Of a stretch of 64,000 nucleotides of DNA, positions 13,841 through 29,579 are shown piece by piece. This DNA comes from the human T2T-CHM13v2.0 reference genome, Homo sapiens. Within the stretch, counting starts at the first letter, position 1; each line of letters opens with the position of its first letter. The stretch is from the NCBI RefSeq assembly GCF_009914755.1, contig NC_060931.1. One strand, written 5' to 3'. The notes beneath the pieces were generated by a model that did no database searches, had not been told where the DNA came from, and saw only the letters and a program-made list of their open reading frames with translations. Made by a program: the position numbers and the translations under genes.

Positions 13841-16800
13841 TAACGTTTCTTGAAGTACAGGCCTACTGGTGATTAATTCTTTCAGCTTTTGTATATCTGA
13901 AAACATCTTCATTTTACTTTAATTTTTAAAAGACATGTTAGTTGTGCATAGAACTAGCGGTTGATACTTTCTTTTCCCTTCTCCCAGTACTGTAAAAATG
14001 TTTCACAGTCTTTGCAATTGCATTTTTTAAGTAAGAAAATTAGGTATCATTCTAATCTTTAACCTCTGTATATAACCTGTCATTTTTCCCCTGGATGCTC
14101 TTAAGAATTTCTTTTATCACTAGTATTGAGCAATTTTTTTATGATCTGCATTGGTGTACTTTTCTTTATGTTTCTTGTGCTTAGGGTTCTTTGAGCCTTT
14201 AGATTTGTGGTTTTATAGCTTTCATCAAATTTAGAAAATGTTTTATCCTCATAGGACTATTCTGATTCTCCTCAGCTAGTAATTTCTTTACCTAATGGAC
14301 CCATTTACAAAATACACTCCAGGTCCTATAAATTTTTTTTAATAGGTCATATAAAAGTTACTACCAGGAATCTGATGTTTATAGTGACAGAATCAAGTCT
14401 CGACACTTGGAAAAGAACATTGTCTGTTTTCTCTTGTAAACTCTGGGATTGCTGAGGTTTTCAAGGAAGCCAGGTACTAAACCACTCTGCTGTTACAGTC
14501 ACTGTTCTTCTTTTTGGCTTTCCTACCTCCTGAGATTCTTGGCAGATGAAGGATAAGTGCTTCATAAGCCTGAAATGGTGGCCCTTCTGGGTCCTGTGGT
14601 AATCATCTGAGCACGTACTTTTCATTTCTGAGTTAGTACGGAGATTCCTGAAGTTCTGTCTACATCTTTCCAATGTTGGATTTATACCCAACATGTAGGA
14701 ATATAAAATTTAGTGCTAAGATGATAGGTGTTCACTTTGTTCCAATCCTGTAATTTGCTGTGGTGACATACAAGGGAAAGAGAAGAGCCTTAAATATTTG
14801 CCTGCTAGCTATCAAGTAGGGGGGATTATACTCTTAATCTCATTTACATTTTCTTGTAGCTATAGCAAAGTTTGACAGGCAATCGTCATATCCCCCAAAT
14901 TATATTAGTGTGCCAGTTACAGGTCTGTGACTCCTAAGTATTATTTTTAATACTTAGGAGTATTTTAATACTCCTAAGATTATATTTAAAAAACATAATC
15001 TCACCAGTACATTTTTATTCCTTCCTTTTTAATAAACCAGCTTTGACAGATGAAAAGGAATCTGTGCTGTAGCTCAGATTTCTCATGTTAGGCATATTTT
15101 AGCCGTAAACTTAATTATCGCAGGAATTTTCAAATGACTCCAACTTTTTCTGCACTTGGTATCAGAGGATACCAAGTCCTGTTTTTGAGCTGATAAAATC
15201 CTCCTTCTGAAAGCATTTGTTTATTATATTACTGCTTCACATGAGCTGAGCTCTATCCTGACCCCGTGTTAAGTGTCTGTGGTAGATTTCATTACATCCA
15301 TATACTGGAAGTCCTGCCAATACACTGGCAGCAAAATCCTAGTGGAAAATAAATGGCAATAAAAAAGAGAAATGATAGCCTGTGTGAGTGGTGAGGAGCA
15401 CAGCTTTATTGAGACTGGACAACCCCAGAGTAGTGACTTGGCATGCAGACATGAGCTTAAGAGAGTGTGAGTGAAAGCTGATATTGGAATAACGACTCTG
15501 TGGCACAGACATGGGAATAATTTAATTAATTGCACTGAAATTTCTTTGATGAATAGTTATGTGGTGATAAGCATGAGGTCGAACAGCAGAATGAGTCTCA
15601 GCTTTTTAATGGGCCAGCACAGCTGCGGTTTTGGATGCCTTCCCACTTTATTTCTGCCTGCAGCTCTCCACCGCTTTATTCATCCACATCTCAGCTAGGA
15701 GCACCACTCGCGGGGCCCCCTCTCCATGTCGGCAGAGCTGAGGGGCAAGTACATTTGGCCATGGGAAGCAGGCTGGTGACTGCTTTGAAATGAAAACCAG
15801 ATCAAACGAAAATTGTAGGATGGTGTCCTTATGATGCCTGCACCTCCCCTCCTCCCCAAATCTCTAGGATGCTTTTACAGAGTCTTTGCTGCTACGTTGT
15901 ATAAAGATTTTAATAAAAATTTCTTGTCCCTGGAGAAACAGGCATGTCTTTGTTGTCAGAGAGCTAGAGGGAAATGAGCAATGCAGCCCAGCTGGAGTAC
16001 CAGCATTAATCCCATGATTCGTAGCCCGTATTTTCAGACAGATCAATTACTTATGGCTGTAACCAATCTCTCATCGTTTTCTTGCTGTGCAGGGCTCCAT
16101 TTCCAGACTCGGCAGCTGACATAACCTTCCAACTTGATAGGACTTCAGCTGCAAATCTCTTCAGGTCTGCTGCCTCCATTCATCGTGGTTATACAAATGA
16201 GTTGTTAAATAAAAATCAAAAGTAAAAAATTATGGGTGGTAATCTCTGCCTGGCTCAGTAATACCCATGGGCCTAGGCAACATTTTCAGTTGGATTTTTA
16301 AAAAACAAGATGGATGATTCACTTGTCTGACTTCCTTCACTTTTATGGACAGGCTTTGCATGAGAGAAAAGCCATCTCTAGAGGGAAGAAATTATCCACA
16401 GTGGATACATTTCTTATCAATTTATAAGTTGAAAGATTAACTTAGAAGTGGAGAGAAAGGAGATTATGAGGAGACACGAAGGACATGTACAGGTGAGCTG
16501 TGTCTAATGCATTTCACACTGAGTGAGTCACCCCTTTTCAGCTGCTAGGCTGCCTGGGCTTAAGGCCAGGAGATTCTGTATCAAAAAGAAATGACCCTTG
16601 CTAACACAGAGGTGTCATGGAACATGTAAGCTGTTTATAGAGTATGTCACTGTGTGAATGTAGAACTTGTGTGAAGGATCTAAACCCAATAACCTTTGAA
16701 GAATTTACCCAGAATTTATTTAGTGTTTTCAAGTTATAACTACTCCTTGTGTGTATTGAACCCTTCACAGCTATGTCAGGCCAGCTAAGCCTTCCTGGAA

Positions 16801-18118
16801 GAGGTACTTAGGGGCCAGATAAAGCAAATTGGAGAATCTCTTTGTGATTTGACTCACTTTAGATGCACAGATGCTCATCTGTTAGGAAAGCATGTATTGA
16901 CTCTCTTTGTGCCCTTTTCTTTCATTGTCACTCCATCATTTCCATCTCTTCAATGAATAGTCCTTTGAGGACTTTCCCATTTTCCCTATAATAACCAACT
17001 ACGAAAATTTGCAGGAAGCAAAAAGGAAAATGTGGACATCTAGAGAATATAAATGGTTTTATGTTTAATCTAGGGGGAATTATGTATGTATTTATATATA
17101 TTTGTGTATGCGCCCTGCATGCTTGTTGCATTTTGCTGTATGCTTTAGAAACCTTTGCCTACATGGAACCCATTAGTAGTGTCCTGGGACAGGTATTCAT
17201 GAACTCTGTTAACAATTAAGGAAGTAAGTTCCTGCTGCTACAGGCTGACAGCCACAGTTTCCCCTTGGGCTTGTATGGCTTTGGATTGATTCTAAAGAAG
17301 CAAAGGAAACATACAGAACATACTTGTTTGATTTGAAAGTTAAAAACCGGTCTGTGTCTGTTTTCTTCTCCCTTTTCACTCTAGCCCTTCTTAGGCATCC
17401 CAATGCGAGTAGTAAAACATAAATCATGCAATATCATAAGATACTGCTACAGCTCTTGCCCTGCCCTGGATTTGTTTTTTTGTGCATCTGAATTTTATTA
17501 TGATCCATAAAGCAGTATGGAAATGGCTCATTGGTAGGGTTGCATGGCAGTACCCCATCCTCAGACCCTGCCAACAATTGAAAGTCTGAGAGGTAATAAG
17601 AAATAAAAGGGAGATGAGATTTATAGTTCGTGAGTTCAAGTTGCTTTTTTTTCTCCGTGGAATGTTGCCTGTCTTATTAGGAGTTCTTTAGTGAAACAAA
17701 ATGCAGTGGTAGCTTAGAGAAATTATGGATACTTTCCAGGGGTGTGGGAGAAGCTTAGGAGTCTGTAAGCCTTCTCCCCTGGTTGCAGTTAGGAAGCCAG
17801 TTGACAGTATAATAGGCTTTTGGAAGTGGGTGCAATGGTTTGTGTGTTCTGTTTGATGTTGCAAATACCAAGCCCGCAGGGAGATCTGCAAAGAGGATAT
17901 TCTGTTCTTAAAGAAAGGAAAAGATTAACCTGAAACGTGAACTGAAAAACTCCTGAATTCTAGAGGACTTAGGTGCAGCCAAGGAAGGATCTCATTTACT
18001 TACGTGGAAACATCATTTGGCAAGCTGCCTGCTCCAGACAAGCAGATATTTTTTAATGATTTCAATTAATGAAAAGCAATCACTAATAAACTTGAGAGGA
18101 TTGGATCACATATTAAGA

Positions 18119-18163
18119 GTGTGTGTGTGTGTGTGCGTGCGTGCGCTCACGTGTGCGTGTGCA
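18119..18163. repeat. (GT)n/(GC)n alternating purine-pyrimidine tract
   Basis: gtgtgtgtgtgtgtgtgcgtgcgtgcgctcacgtgtgcgtgtgca. Confidence 0.9.
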
Positions 18164-18369
18164 GTATTTGCATGGTTAAGGTTTGGAAATACGTGCATTC
18201 TCATACACGCATAGAAGTCTTACAACTACGTGTACTACTTGGAGCCTGCCTGATGGTCCTTTTCTTCACATTCAGAATCATGCTTCTGACCCATTAGGAG
18301 AGGCTAACTCTTGTTATTTTGGAGACATTTTCAGGAGTGGTAATGAATGGGCATTAAGGCACTTCTGTT

Positions 18370-18540
18370 ATTCATGAATATGTACATTCACTTAACATAT
18401 TTATTGAGTACCTACTGTATGCCAGGTATTATGCTAGGTGCTGAGGTTATAGCAGTAAAAAAATAAAAAGATACATAGTCTCTGCTCTACTTTAGTTTAT
18501 AGGTTATTGGAGAGACAGACAAGAACAAATAATAATACAG
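18370..18540 (-). mobile_element. L2 3' end fragment
   Basis: cattcacttaacatatttattgagtacctactgtatgccagg is the L2 tail signature. Confidence 0.75.
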
Positions 18541-18897
18541 TTATACACTTAAAATTTTTATATTGCCTTTGTATTCAATAAAAATTTGTTGAGGGCTTCT
18601 AGATGCTGTAGACTCTGTGATAGAGTCTAAAGAAAAGCGTCTTGCCTAATTTCTGTTAAAATCAGTGGTTTGCCATTTACGAGGAATAAACTGGCCATGT
18701 TTAGTTATGGTATTGAAGAAAGGGTTTGATCCATACAGGAACTATACTTCACCTCTATGTATTAATTTAGTACACAGTTTTAAGAACAGCAAGGTAGCAT
18801 TCAAGAAGAGCATTCTGTTATATACTTGTATATAAACCCTATTGTATCTACTAAGGATATTGTTATAACTTCCTCTTCACTGGTATCTCCTCAACTC

Positions 18898-19050
18898 TGA
18901 GTTCAAGACCTACCCTTCTCTCCAGCTGTGGGAAATGGGATTTGTCAACCTCTCTGAGACAAAGTTTCACATCAGCAAAATGGGAATAGTTGTACTAGTT
19001 CACACGGGGTTGTAAAGAGTGAATGGAATTGTGTATTTGAAAACACTTCA
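18898..19050 (+). mobile_element. MIR
   Basis: aacctctctgag...gtttcacatcagcaaaatgggaata MIR core. Confidence 0.65.
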
Positions 19051-19054
19051 TTAA

Positions 19055-19165
19055 AGGGATGGATATTTCAAGTACACTGATTTAATTTTTACAAATAATA
19101 TGAATGTATTAGATCATCACATGTACCCTGAAACTATGCATATCAATTATGCATGAATAAAAAAA
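19055..19165 (+). mobile_element. L1MA 3' terminal fragment
   Basis: atcacatgtaccctgaaactatgcatatcaattatgcatgaataaaaaaa. Confidence 0.65.
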
Positions 19166-19175
19166 TTGTTGAAAA

Positions 19176-19498
<323 letters not shown>

Positions 19499-21530
19499 TA
19501 CTGTGTAAAGGACTATACTCATTTGAGTTTGTATAATTTTCATTATTATTACATCAGATTTACAGAGAGAATAAAATTTATTGAAGCCAACTGTGTTGTC
19601 TTAAACCTCCGAAAATTCAGAAGGAGGATAATGCTGAGTTCAAGTACGATATAGAAATCATCATATCTTTTCTCTAGCAAGTGTTCCAAGAGAATTAGAA
19701 TATAATGCCAAAATTAAGGTAGAAATTAAGTTATTCTAGAAGTGGGATAGCCAGTGTCAGCATGCATGCATGATCCTTGAAAAGTGATATTGGGCAGCAT
19801 TTACACCAAGCTTTGCTATCTTACGTTCTCTTTTTGCTTCTTCTACCTGGTGTTATTTGTGCCTTCCCTAAAGGGCTGAAATTGAAAAGAATTAGTACGA
19901 ATGCATTTTCAATGACACCTTGGCCAAGAGGTTCATGCATTTCAGCTTTGGACAAGGTGCTATGGTTCAAATACTCATGAATATGATATAAGAACAGTCA
20001 TTATTTAAATGATGAACCTTTATATGAGATTACACTGGGTGTTACTAATCTGCAAGTTGTATTTTCTGTGGGGAAAAATCAGTATGAATGAATCAAGAAC
20101 TCAGTGTGCATCCTGCAGTGCATGTTGTATTTGCATGAACGGAGATGTAATCTCTTCACCTTTTGAATCATTTTGTTTAAAGGCCCTATATAGATCATTC
20201 TGCTCTTACTGGTGGGTGACATTTTCTTAAGGTTCTCTCCCTAGATAGACTAATTTGAAAAAAATGCATCCCTCTTGATGTCTGCATGTGCATGTGTGTA
20301 TGCATATGTATAAAATATAGAGGTGATCACAAAGCATACTGGGCCACTTAGCACTTCCACTAATTCCACATTATCAGAGATTGTTTGGAGAGCATATTTC
20401 ATTCTCCCTACTTTGTCACTTATTTCTAACACTGAGTATATCTGTACAGTTCTTAATAGTAAATGGCATAATATCTTATTCTCTGTATTCTATACATTGT
20501 CAACCCCATTCCTAGCTGATAATCAGTAGTCAAAAATGGGTGAATAATTTGAATGGTACTTGTCTTTAATTGTGATTCATGTCTGAATGGCTTGCTGGTA
20601 ACTAGGAGCTAAATTTAATGTTAATCCAAGGTCACACTCTAGTCCACATACTGGAAGCTCAGCCTCTTGACATGCATGCTTCATGCAATTATCAGGCTGC
20701 TCCCTTGTAGGATAAAGTGCGGCAGTCTAGAAAGCATGGCACTCAAATGGGAAGAACTGTTGGTGAGTCTGTACAGAACAGATGAGGTTGCAGATATTTG
20801 AAAGCATTTGCTAATGGAAACTCTGGGTAAGGCAGCATCTTAAATAATACGTAGAATCAGCATGCTGTCTCCAAAACACATTTGCAGCATTTATTAGCTG
20901 GGTGTGAGCTAAAGGTAAGCTCCCATTAAAAGAAAAAAAAATCTTCGTAATGATTAGCAGGGGCCCAGTATAATTTAAGGTATTCTTTGGAGTTTATAAA
21001 TATGGCCTCATAAAAAGCCTGAATATAAGAGAACTGTGACTTTAAGTCATTAGAAGCCCAGTGGTTTGATAAAATAACAGGAAACAGACAATTTATTATG
21101 AGCAGTCTCAGTAGCTCTGGATTATCTATAAAACTTTTACGGCCTTCCCCAAGTGGCAAGAAGCCATAAAACTTGCCTGAATGAGGGACTTGTTAATTTA
21201 CTTGTTAAAGCAAATTAAAAATTTATAAGTGCTTTTAGGTAAATGAGATCTTCTCTCATTGCTGCCCTTGCGGGGCTGGGAGTCCTAGGAGGGGAGAGTG
21301 GATATGCTTAGACACCACTGCAGAACAATAAAAGCTATTAAATTTTTCCAGTTTATTACAGCAGAGCCATGCAGCTGTTGCCATGGCTAGCTGTGGGGTA
21401 CCGGTGGTTGACAGCCTGGAGTCTCACTCAAAGGGGGAAAAAATAAAAAGCCAAGGAAAGGGATGATTTTTTACTTTTATAATTCTCCAATTGTTGATGT
21501 TGTAGACCATGTCTTTTTATTTTTCCTTGA

Positions 21531-21944
<414 letters not shown>

Positions 21945-23290
21945 TGATTCCTTTTAGTCATTTAGTCCATGGACAAAGGCCAGGTCTTAGGCTGTTTTTG
22001 TTAACCTCAACATTTCTTGAAAAAAACCTCTTTCTCTCTCTTTTCCTTTCCCATATCTAGCCACAAAACTAGGAGAAGGAAGAAAGGGAATCTGGTACAT
22101 GTTCTTGTGTATTTAACTCCAAAAACTGTTAGAATCAATATTTTTTGTGGAAGCCAAAGTTTATAGGTAAAGGCAGATTTTCTTGCACTCTCCCTTGGAT
22201 GAAATGTCAGCGTAGGTTAAAATTCTTGGATCTTAGCATCTTCCTTAACTTAGGGCTGTTCTCTACGTGTTGAATTTCTTCTGTAATAATAGGTTTCTGA
22301 ATGGTGACTTTGGCTGGTGGGGGTCATTTTTTTGGCTTTAAGCCCTGTGACTCAGGGGATTTTTTTTTTTTTTGGCTCCCTTAAATACAATTCACAATGA
22401 GCAGTTTTCTCCCTGCCCTAGTGACAGTAAGGTTTCTGGGACATAGGAAATAGCTTATTCTTCCACTCAGATCAGAAGTTTTGATTGAGCTCTGTGGCAT
22501 TTTTAAGGCAGAAAAAGACACGTTATGCCTCAACTACCTACCCTATTTAATGTTAAATTAAAATGATGGTTATTTTTAAAGTGTGTTTACATTTAAAAAT
22601 TCCTCCAGAAAAGTCAAGTTCTGCAAACATTTTCTTGTAGTATTTCCAGTCACTGCACAAGAAAGGTACATTTTATTAGTTTTAAGAACAGAAATAGTAG
22701 AAAGACATAATTGGTACAAGTGTTTGTTCTTCTACAGTATTTACTCTTCAGTTTTTACATATATATCCATACCTCTGATTTGTAGTTTGTTTGGAATTAT
22801 GTTTAGAAAAGCATATTGTTGGCAAGTAAAGCATCACAAAATTAAGGGTAGAGAACAGCAGTAAAAAAAAAATGACAAATATGTATTTTTAGACTGTATT
22901 CCAGTTTTAGGAGGTATCAGCTTTTAGAGATTCCTTAACGTTAAAATTTGTTTCAGTAAGTAACTCTTGTTGTGGTCGCTGTCTTCAGTATTCCAGAAAT
23001 AATGCTGTATCTCTTATTCAACTTCATGAACCTCTTTACTGGCTTCCATATTAATGTCATTTGCATTTAGAGTGTGTCATCTTCATTTAGAATCTCAGCA
23101 AAAATTCTGGTTTATAACCATCTTTGCACAAATTATCTCTGTGCTTTAGGACACTTTTCTGGGCCTGGTCTTGCATTTTTTATGAATACAACTTTAAGAG
23201 TGGAACTTAAATATGTCCCCTTTTATTGGATTATCCCCATAGACCTGACCACAAAGTCTGTGGAAGTAGAAAGCTATAACGGTTGTACCA

Positions 23291-23505
23291 TTTTTTTTTT
23301 TTTAAATACTTTAAGTTCTAGAGTACATGTGCACAACATGCAAGTTTGTTACATAGGTATACCTGTGTCATGTTGGTTTGTTGCACCCATCACCTCATCA
23401 TTTACATTAGGTATTTCTCCTAACGCTATCCCTCCCCCAGCCCCCCACCCCACAATAGGCCCTGGTGTGTGATGTTCCCCTCCCTGTGTCCATGCGTTCT
23501 CATTG
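23291..23505 (-). mobile_element. 5'-truncated primate L1PA 3' end (~215 bp)
   Basis: L1PA 3'UTR with poly(T); intact TSD ggttgtaccatt at 23281-23292 and 23505-23516. Confidence 0.92.
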
Positions 23506-23712
23506 GTTGTACCATTCTTTTGTTCAAGAGTATCAAGTTGAATTTCATGTACTGAAAAAGTAGATAGATTTAAAAACATTTAAATTTAGGTAGCAAATGA
23601 CATTGGGCCAAAGGTCCATTGCTAAGGAGACCCAGGAAAGAATTTATTACAATAGGAATATGAGGTGTGGAACCCAAGGACAGCTGTCATGAAGGATAGG
23701 TAATCACAGTAA

Positions 23713-24063
<351 letters not shown>

Positions 24064-24283
24064 TAGAATTTTAGAGTAGATGTTCACTCATTAGTAATAT
24101 TGATATATGTTGTATAATGATTGCTTAATTGCTAATTTTCTTATGCTAATTGATGTTTTTCTATAAAACCAAATTCTTCAGCTCTTTACATTTATTGAAT
24201 GCTATCTGGCTTATGAATTTTCATAAGAACTGCCAAAAAAAAAAAGAAAAAAAGGGGCAGGTCCCCTCCTTCCTTCTAAAAAG

Positions 24284-24608
<325 letters not shown>

Positions 24609-24890
24609 CTATAATGACTTTTTAATGTGTCAGGGAGTTTTTAATAGGAAAAAAAAATCATTCCACTAAAAATATGTCCTCTGTCTCCCAACTAGAATTT
24701 CTTCCCCATGTCACTGCCAGCCATTGCTGTGACAATATAGTCTCTTACTCTTTTATCAAATATTCTCCATATTATTGCTGTAAGTACTGGACAGATATCA
24801 TAAGTAAAATATGTCCACCTGGTTGCTAAGAAAAATCCCACATTTATTTTATATATTTTGTAATAGCTTTACGTATTCGTTCAACCGTAA

Positions 24891-25278
<388 letters not shown>

Positions 25279-26069
25279 TGCAGTGTTTACTTTTTATTTA
25301 TTTTTTATTTTTTGGTGATTTCCTTTTACCATTAGCTACCAGCTGTCAGGTATTTTCATATAGTTTTGGCATTATAGTTTCTTTGGTTAGATCACACACA
25401 CACACACACACGTACGTATATGTATTGTAGGTATAAGCACTGGAATTTAGCAGAGCTTTTTAAATAAATGGGCTAGTCTACATGCCTTTCTATTCTTTTC
25501 CTTCTAATAATCTTATACTAATAAGATTATAGTTACAAGTCAGACAGCAATTTCATGGCACCTGTAGATTTTGAGTAAGAAATAAAACTAACTTCAGTTG
25601 ATTATAGTTTTTTTTCCATCATTAATTTAATCCAAATTTCTTTAAGATGGCTAAGGTAAATGAAATTATATTCTCAATTGCTTGTCTGGTCTAATATGAC
25701 CAAAAAAAACTGTTAGAGACTGCTTTAATTATTTGAAGTGTTTGAAGAAATTTGAGAGAGTATTGTAGAATTTATTCTTATATTAATGCAATTAATATAT
25801 TAAGATTCAACCACATCAAATTATGTATTAGTCATCCAGAATTGAGAGACATGGTTGTAAAAATATCATTAAGGTGTGTGGTATTTACTTAAAATTTATT
25901 CCTTTAGAGATACCAGAATAATTATTTATATCTGTTTGCTAATTGCTTACTCTAAATGTTTGGTCAGTAAATCAGAAAAATATTAGAGCTATCCAAAGGA
26001 ACAAACACACTGCAATGTGTTATAACATGCCTCCATTGCCCATAAATTATTAATACAATGTTACTCTGG

Positions 26070-26470
26070 AGGGGTAGCATAATGTTTTGGAAATAATGCA
26101 CACTCCAGAATAAAAAGGCCTGAATGTGAATTCTAGGCCCATCTCTTCCTTTCTGTTTAATCCCAGGTTAACCTGAGCCTCCACTTACTTAACTCTAAAT
26201 TAGTAATAATTATATCTGCCTCACAGGTTCTGAGAGGAACCTGTAGCTCAGTACAGCAAATAGTAGGCACTACCTCAAGGGCAGTAAATAGAATATTCAG
26301 TCAGGGATCCACGTTCTAGGCTCAGCTTACCACCCAATCCCTGGGTGTCTTGGTGGAGTTGTTCATCTCTCTATATTTTAGTTTCTTTGTAAAGGGGATA
26401 CATTAAAATTTACTTTTCTCACTTTAAATATTTACGTGAGGATTAAATCATTTATGTACAATTATTAGAA
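26070..26470 (+). mobile_element. Two MIR fragments
   Basis: Degenerate MIR cores (ctgagcctccactt..., tctgcctcacaggttctgagagg, gtgaggattaaat). Confidence 0.55.
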
Positions 26471-26485
26471 AATTGTATAACAGTA

Positions 26486-26883
<398 letters not shown>

Positions 26884-28121
26884 TTAAGCTACTAGATCAG
26901 AGAATGTGATGTGCCCACTTGTCCTTTACTGTCCTTATGATAGTTGTCTTTCCATGTTGGCACAATGGTAGAAGCTGCTGTCCAGGCTATTTTTGGCAAT
27001 TTGAGTCAAAAATTAGCAGTTATTCAATATATACACCTTTTTTTTTTTTTTACCAGCAGCTCAATGAGGGTTTCTATTATATATCAAGGGGCTAATGTGG
27101 CATAAGTTGTTTTTTCTTTTTTTTTTGGGAAAAATCCTAACTAGAAAATTGGGTCTGTTCTTAAATTGTAAATGTGTGTACATCAAAGCCATTGTAAGGA
27201 TAAATTTAAGTCTGATAGTGTACATGTGTACATAGTTTCAGTACACATTGGCGAAATATCCTGCTGATTGCTGATTGAAAACAGTTGTTAATTCTCTACT
27301 TCACTAAATTCAGAGTGGAAAACTTTCCTTAATGAAGAACAGATTGAGGAGATCCAAGACCTTACTGTGTGGGAATTAATGGCAGATGCATATACTGGTA
27401 GTTAAAATGTTTCATTAGATGTTAATGTCTTGCTGTGTTTTTAATTGTTCAGGAATTAGCCTCTAGAATATTAAAACCATCTGTTTGTTATGATGAAACA
27501 GAATGCTTAAATAGTTATTAATTTGTGTTTCTTGTCTTTTTTTGAGGGATAATCTGTAAAACTTTGATCTGTTTGGAGTTTAGGGAATTTGGAATGTGGA
27601 AGTGAAAAATAATTTTAAAGCACACCAGTGTCCTGAATAGCTGAAGTATGTCTTTTTTTTTCTCCTTACCCACTGCATATATTTTGTGTTCTTTCTCTCT
27701 TTTTTCTTAAAGGAGGGTGAGTTGACTTTTTTTATTCCATGGTGTGATGAGAATCTATTAAACAGAGCTGGTTTAATAGTTGATTTAAACTTTAAGATTA
27801 TCTTCGTGCATGTGGATTATTTTACATTCAACATCAAAACAGAATTTAGACATTTAGAGGAATGAAGGACAGCTTACGTTTTTAACTCTAAGGATGTACT
27901 TTTACTACTATATTCCACTAGCTCTGCATAACTGTTGATGGCTATACAGACTACTGCTGGCATGGGTTCTAGTCTTGACTCTGCTGTTTCATGCCTTGTG
28001 ATCTGGCACAGATTAGTCTTTCTCAGCTTTAGTTTATTTGTCTGTAAATTGGGAAGTACAATTTAATTTATAGCATTTTTTTTAATGCTTAGAAGTAATA
28101 CATGAAGACTGCATATTTGTC

Positions 28122-28417
28122 TTTTGTTTTGTTTTTATAGAGATGGGGTCTTACTCTGTCACCCAGGCTGGAGTGCAGTGGCCAATCATAGCTCACTGCA
28201 GCCTCGAACTCCTGGGCTCGGGCAATCCTCGTGCCTCAGTCTCCTGAGTAACTGGGACTACAGGCATATGCCACAATGCCTGGCAGTATTTAAATTTTTT
28301 TTAGTGATTGAGTCTTGCTATGTTTCCCACGCTGATCTTGAACTTGTCCCTCAAGTGATCTTCCAGCTTCAGCGTCCCAAAGTGCTGAGATTACAGGCAT
28401 AAGCACATACCCGGACC
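28122..28417 (-). mobile_element. AluJ
   Basis: atcatagctcactgcagcctcgaactcctgggctc. Confidence 0.9.
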
Positions 28418-29298
28418 CACATTTGTTTTATGTAGTGGGCATATTAATTGCTGTCTTTCTTGATTACATGGAGCCAGTGAGATACTTTGGATGCCACTGA
28501 GAATATACATTAGCACTGTAGCTGCAAGAGCCAGAAATAAACTCTTCATTTACTGGCCTCTCCCCTGTGTTGATAGCCAAACAGTGGTGCATTTAAGTTC
28601 TTACCCCCAAAATGAAAATCTCAGCTAATGTCATCTTGGCTCTAGTTAATTGCCAGGTGTGTAGAGCTACAGTGGAGAGAACAAATCTACCTGTGCATGA
28701 GATCCCAATTTATGTCTCTGGGGGCCCTAGTATTTGTCTTTTTGTCTGTGAGTTTGGCTAAGAAAAATTTTCAGCTTCTCATAAATTTATATTAATCAGT
28801 AAAATCATGCCAAGAATTAGAAGTTTTATATAGTTGAATCTTTCTGCATCTTGGAGAAATTCCATGTGTTTAGACCAAAAATGAATGATAGTTGGGAAAT
28901 TCATGGTTCTCTTTACGTTTCCTTTACCTCACTTGCCCCTCAATCAAAACTGAATTATCTCATTTCCTAAGTCTGTTTTGCGCAGGTTAAAAATGGGAGG
29001 GTCTTTATACATCTTCTGGAGCTGAGTGAAAGTCACTTGCTACATGAAAGTGAAGTTTGTTGTAAACCTTGAGTCTCTAATTCAGGTTCCTCAGAGGCCA
29101 GGCTCATAATGTGAATAAGTGACACAGGACAATGTAGGGTGTGGGGTCGTCCTTGTCATGGTGCTCCATTGACCCTTTATAACTATAGCATTAGTGCAGT
29201 TAGTGCTCTTGTTTCCAGGGGCACACCCCCTTGCTAACTGGACTATGCTGGCACTGGACGTCATATGAATGATTCATTCAGTATTAAAAGAAGAATCA

Positions 29299-29579
29299 GG
29301 CCAGGTGTGGTGGTGCAAGCCTGTAATCCCAGCATTTTGGGAGGCCCAGGTGGAAGGATCATTTGAGCCCAGGAATTCGAGACCAGCCTTGGTAACGTGG
29401 CAAAATCTTGTCTCTCAAAAAAATGTAGAAATTAGCCGGGCATGGTAGTATACACTTGTAGTCCCAGCTACTGGGGAGACTGAGGTGGGAGGATCACTTT
29501 AGCCCAGGAGTTCAAGGCTGCAGTGGGGTGTGATCGTACCACTGCACTCCAGGCTGAGCAATAAAGTAAGACCCTGTCT
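29299..29579 (+). mobile_element. AluJ lacking poly(A) tail
   Basis: Diverged dimer ending at accctgtct. Confidence 0.9.

Noticed and set aside
15700-15722. Possible CTCF site ccactcgcggggcc
   Set aside because: Mismatches at core positions of the CTCF consensus.
16075-16170. Possible cryptic exon after ttttcttgctgtgcag
   Set aside because: The acceptor is plausible, but the nearby donor (cag|gtctgc) is weak and the peptide is not AUTS2 as I know it; no support without RNA data.
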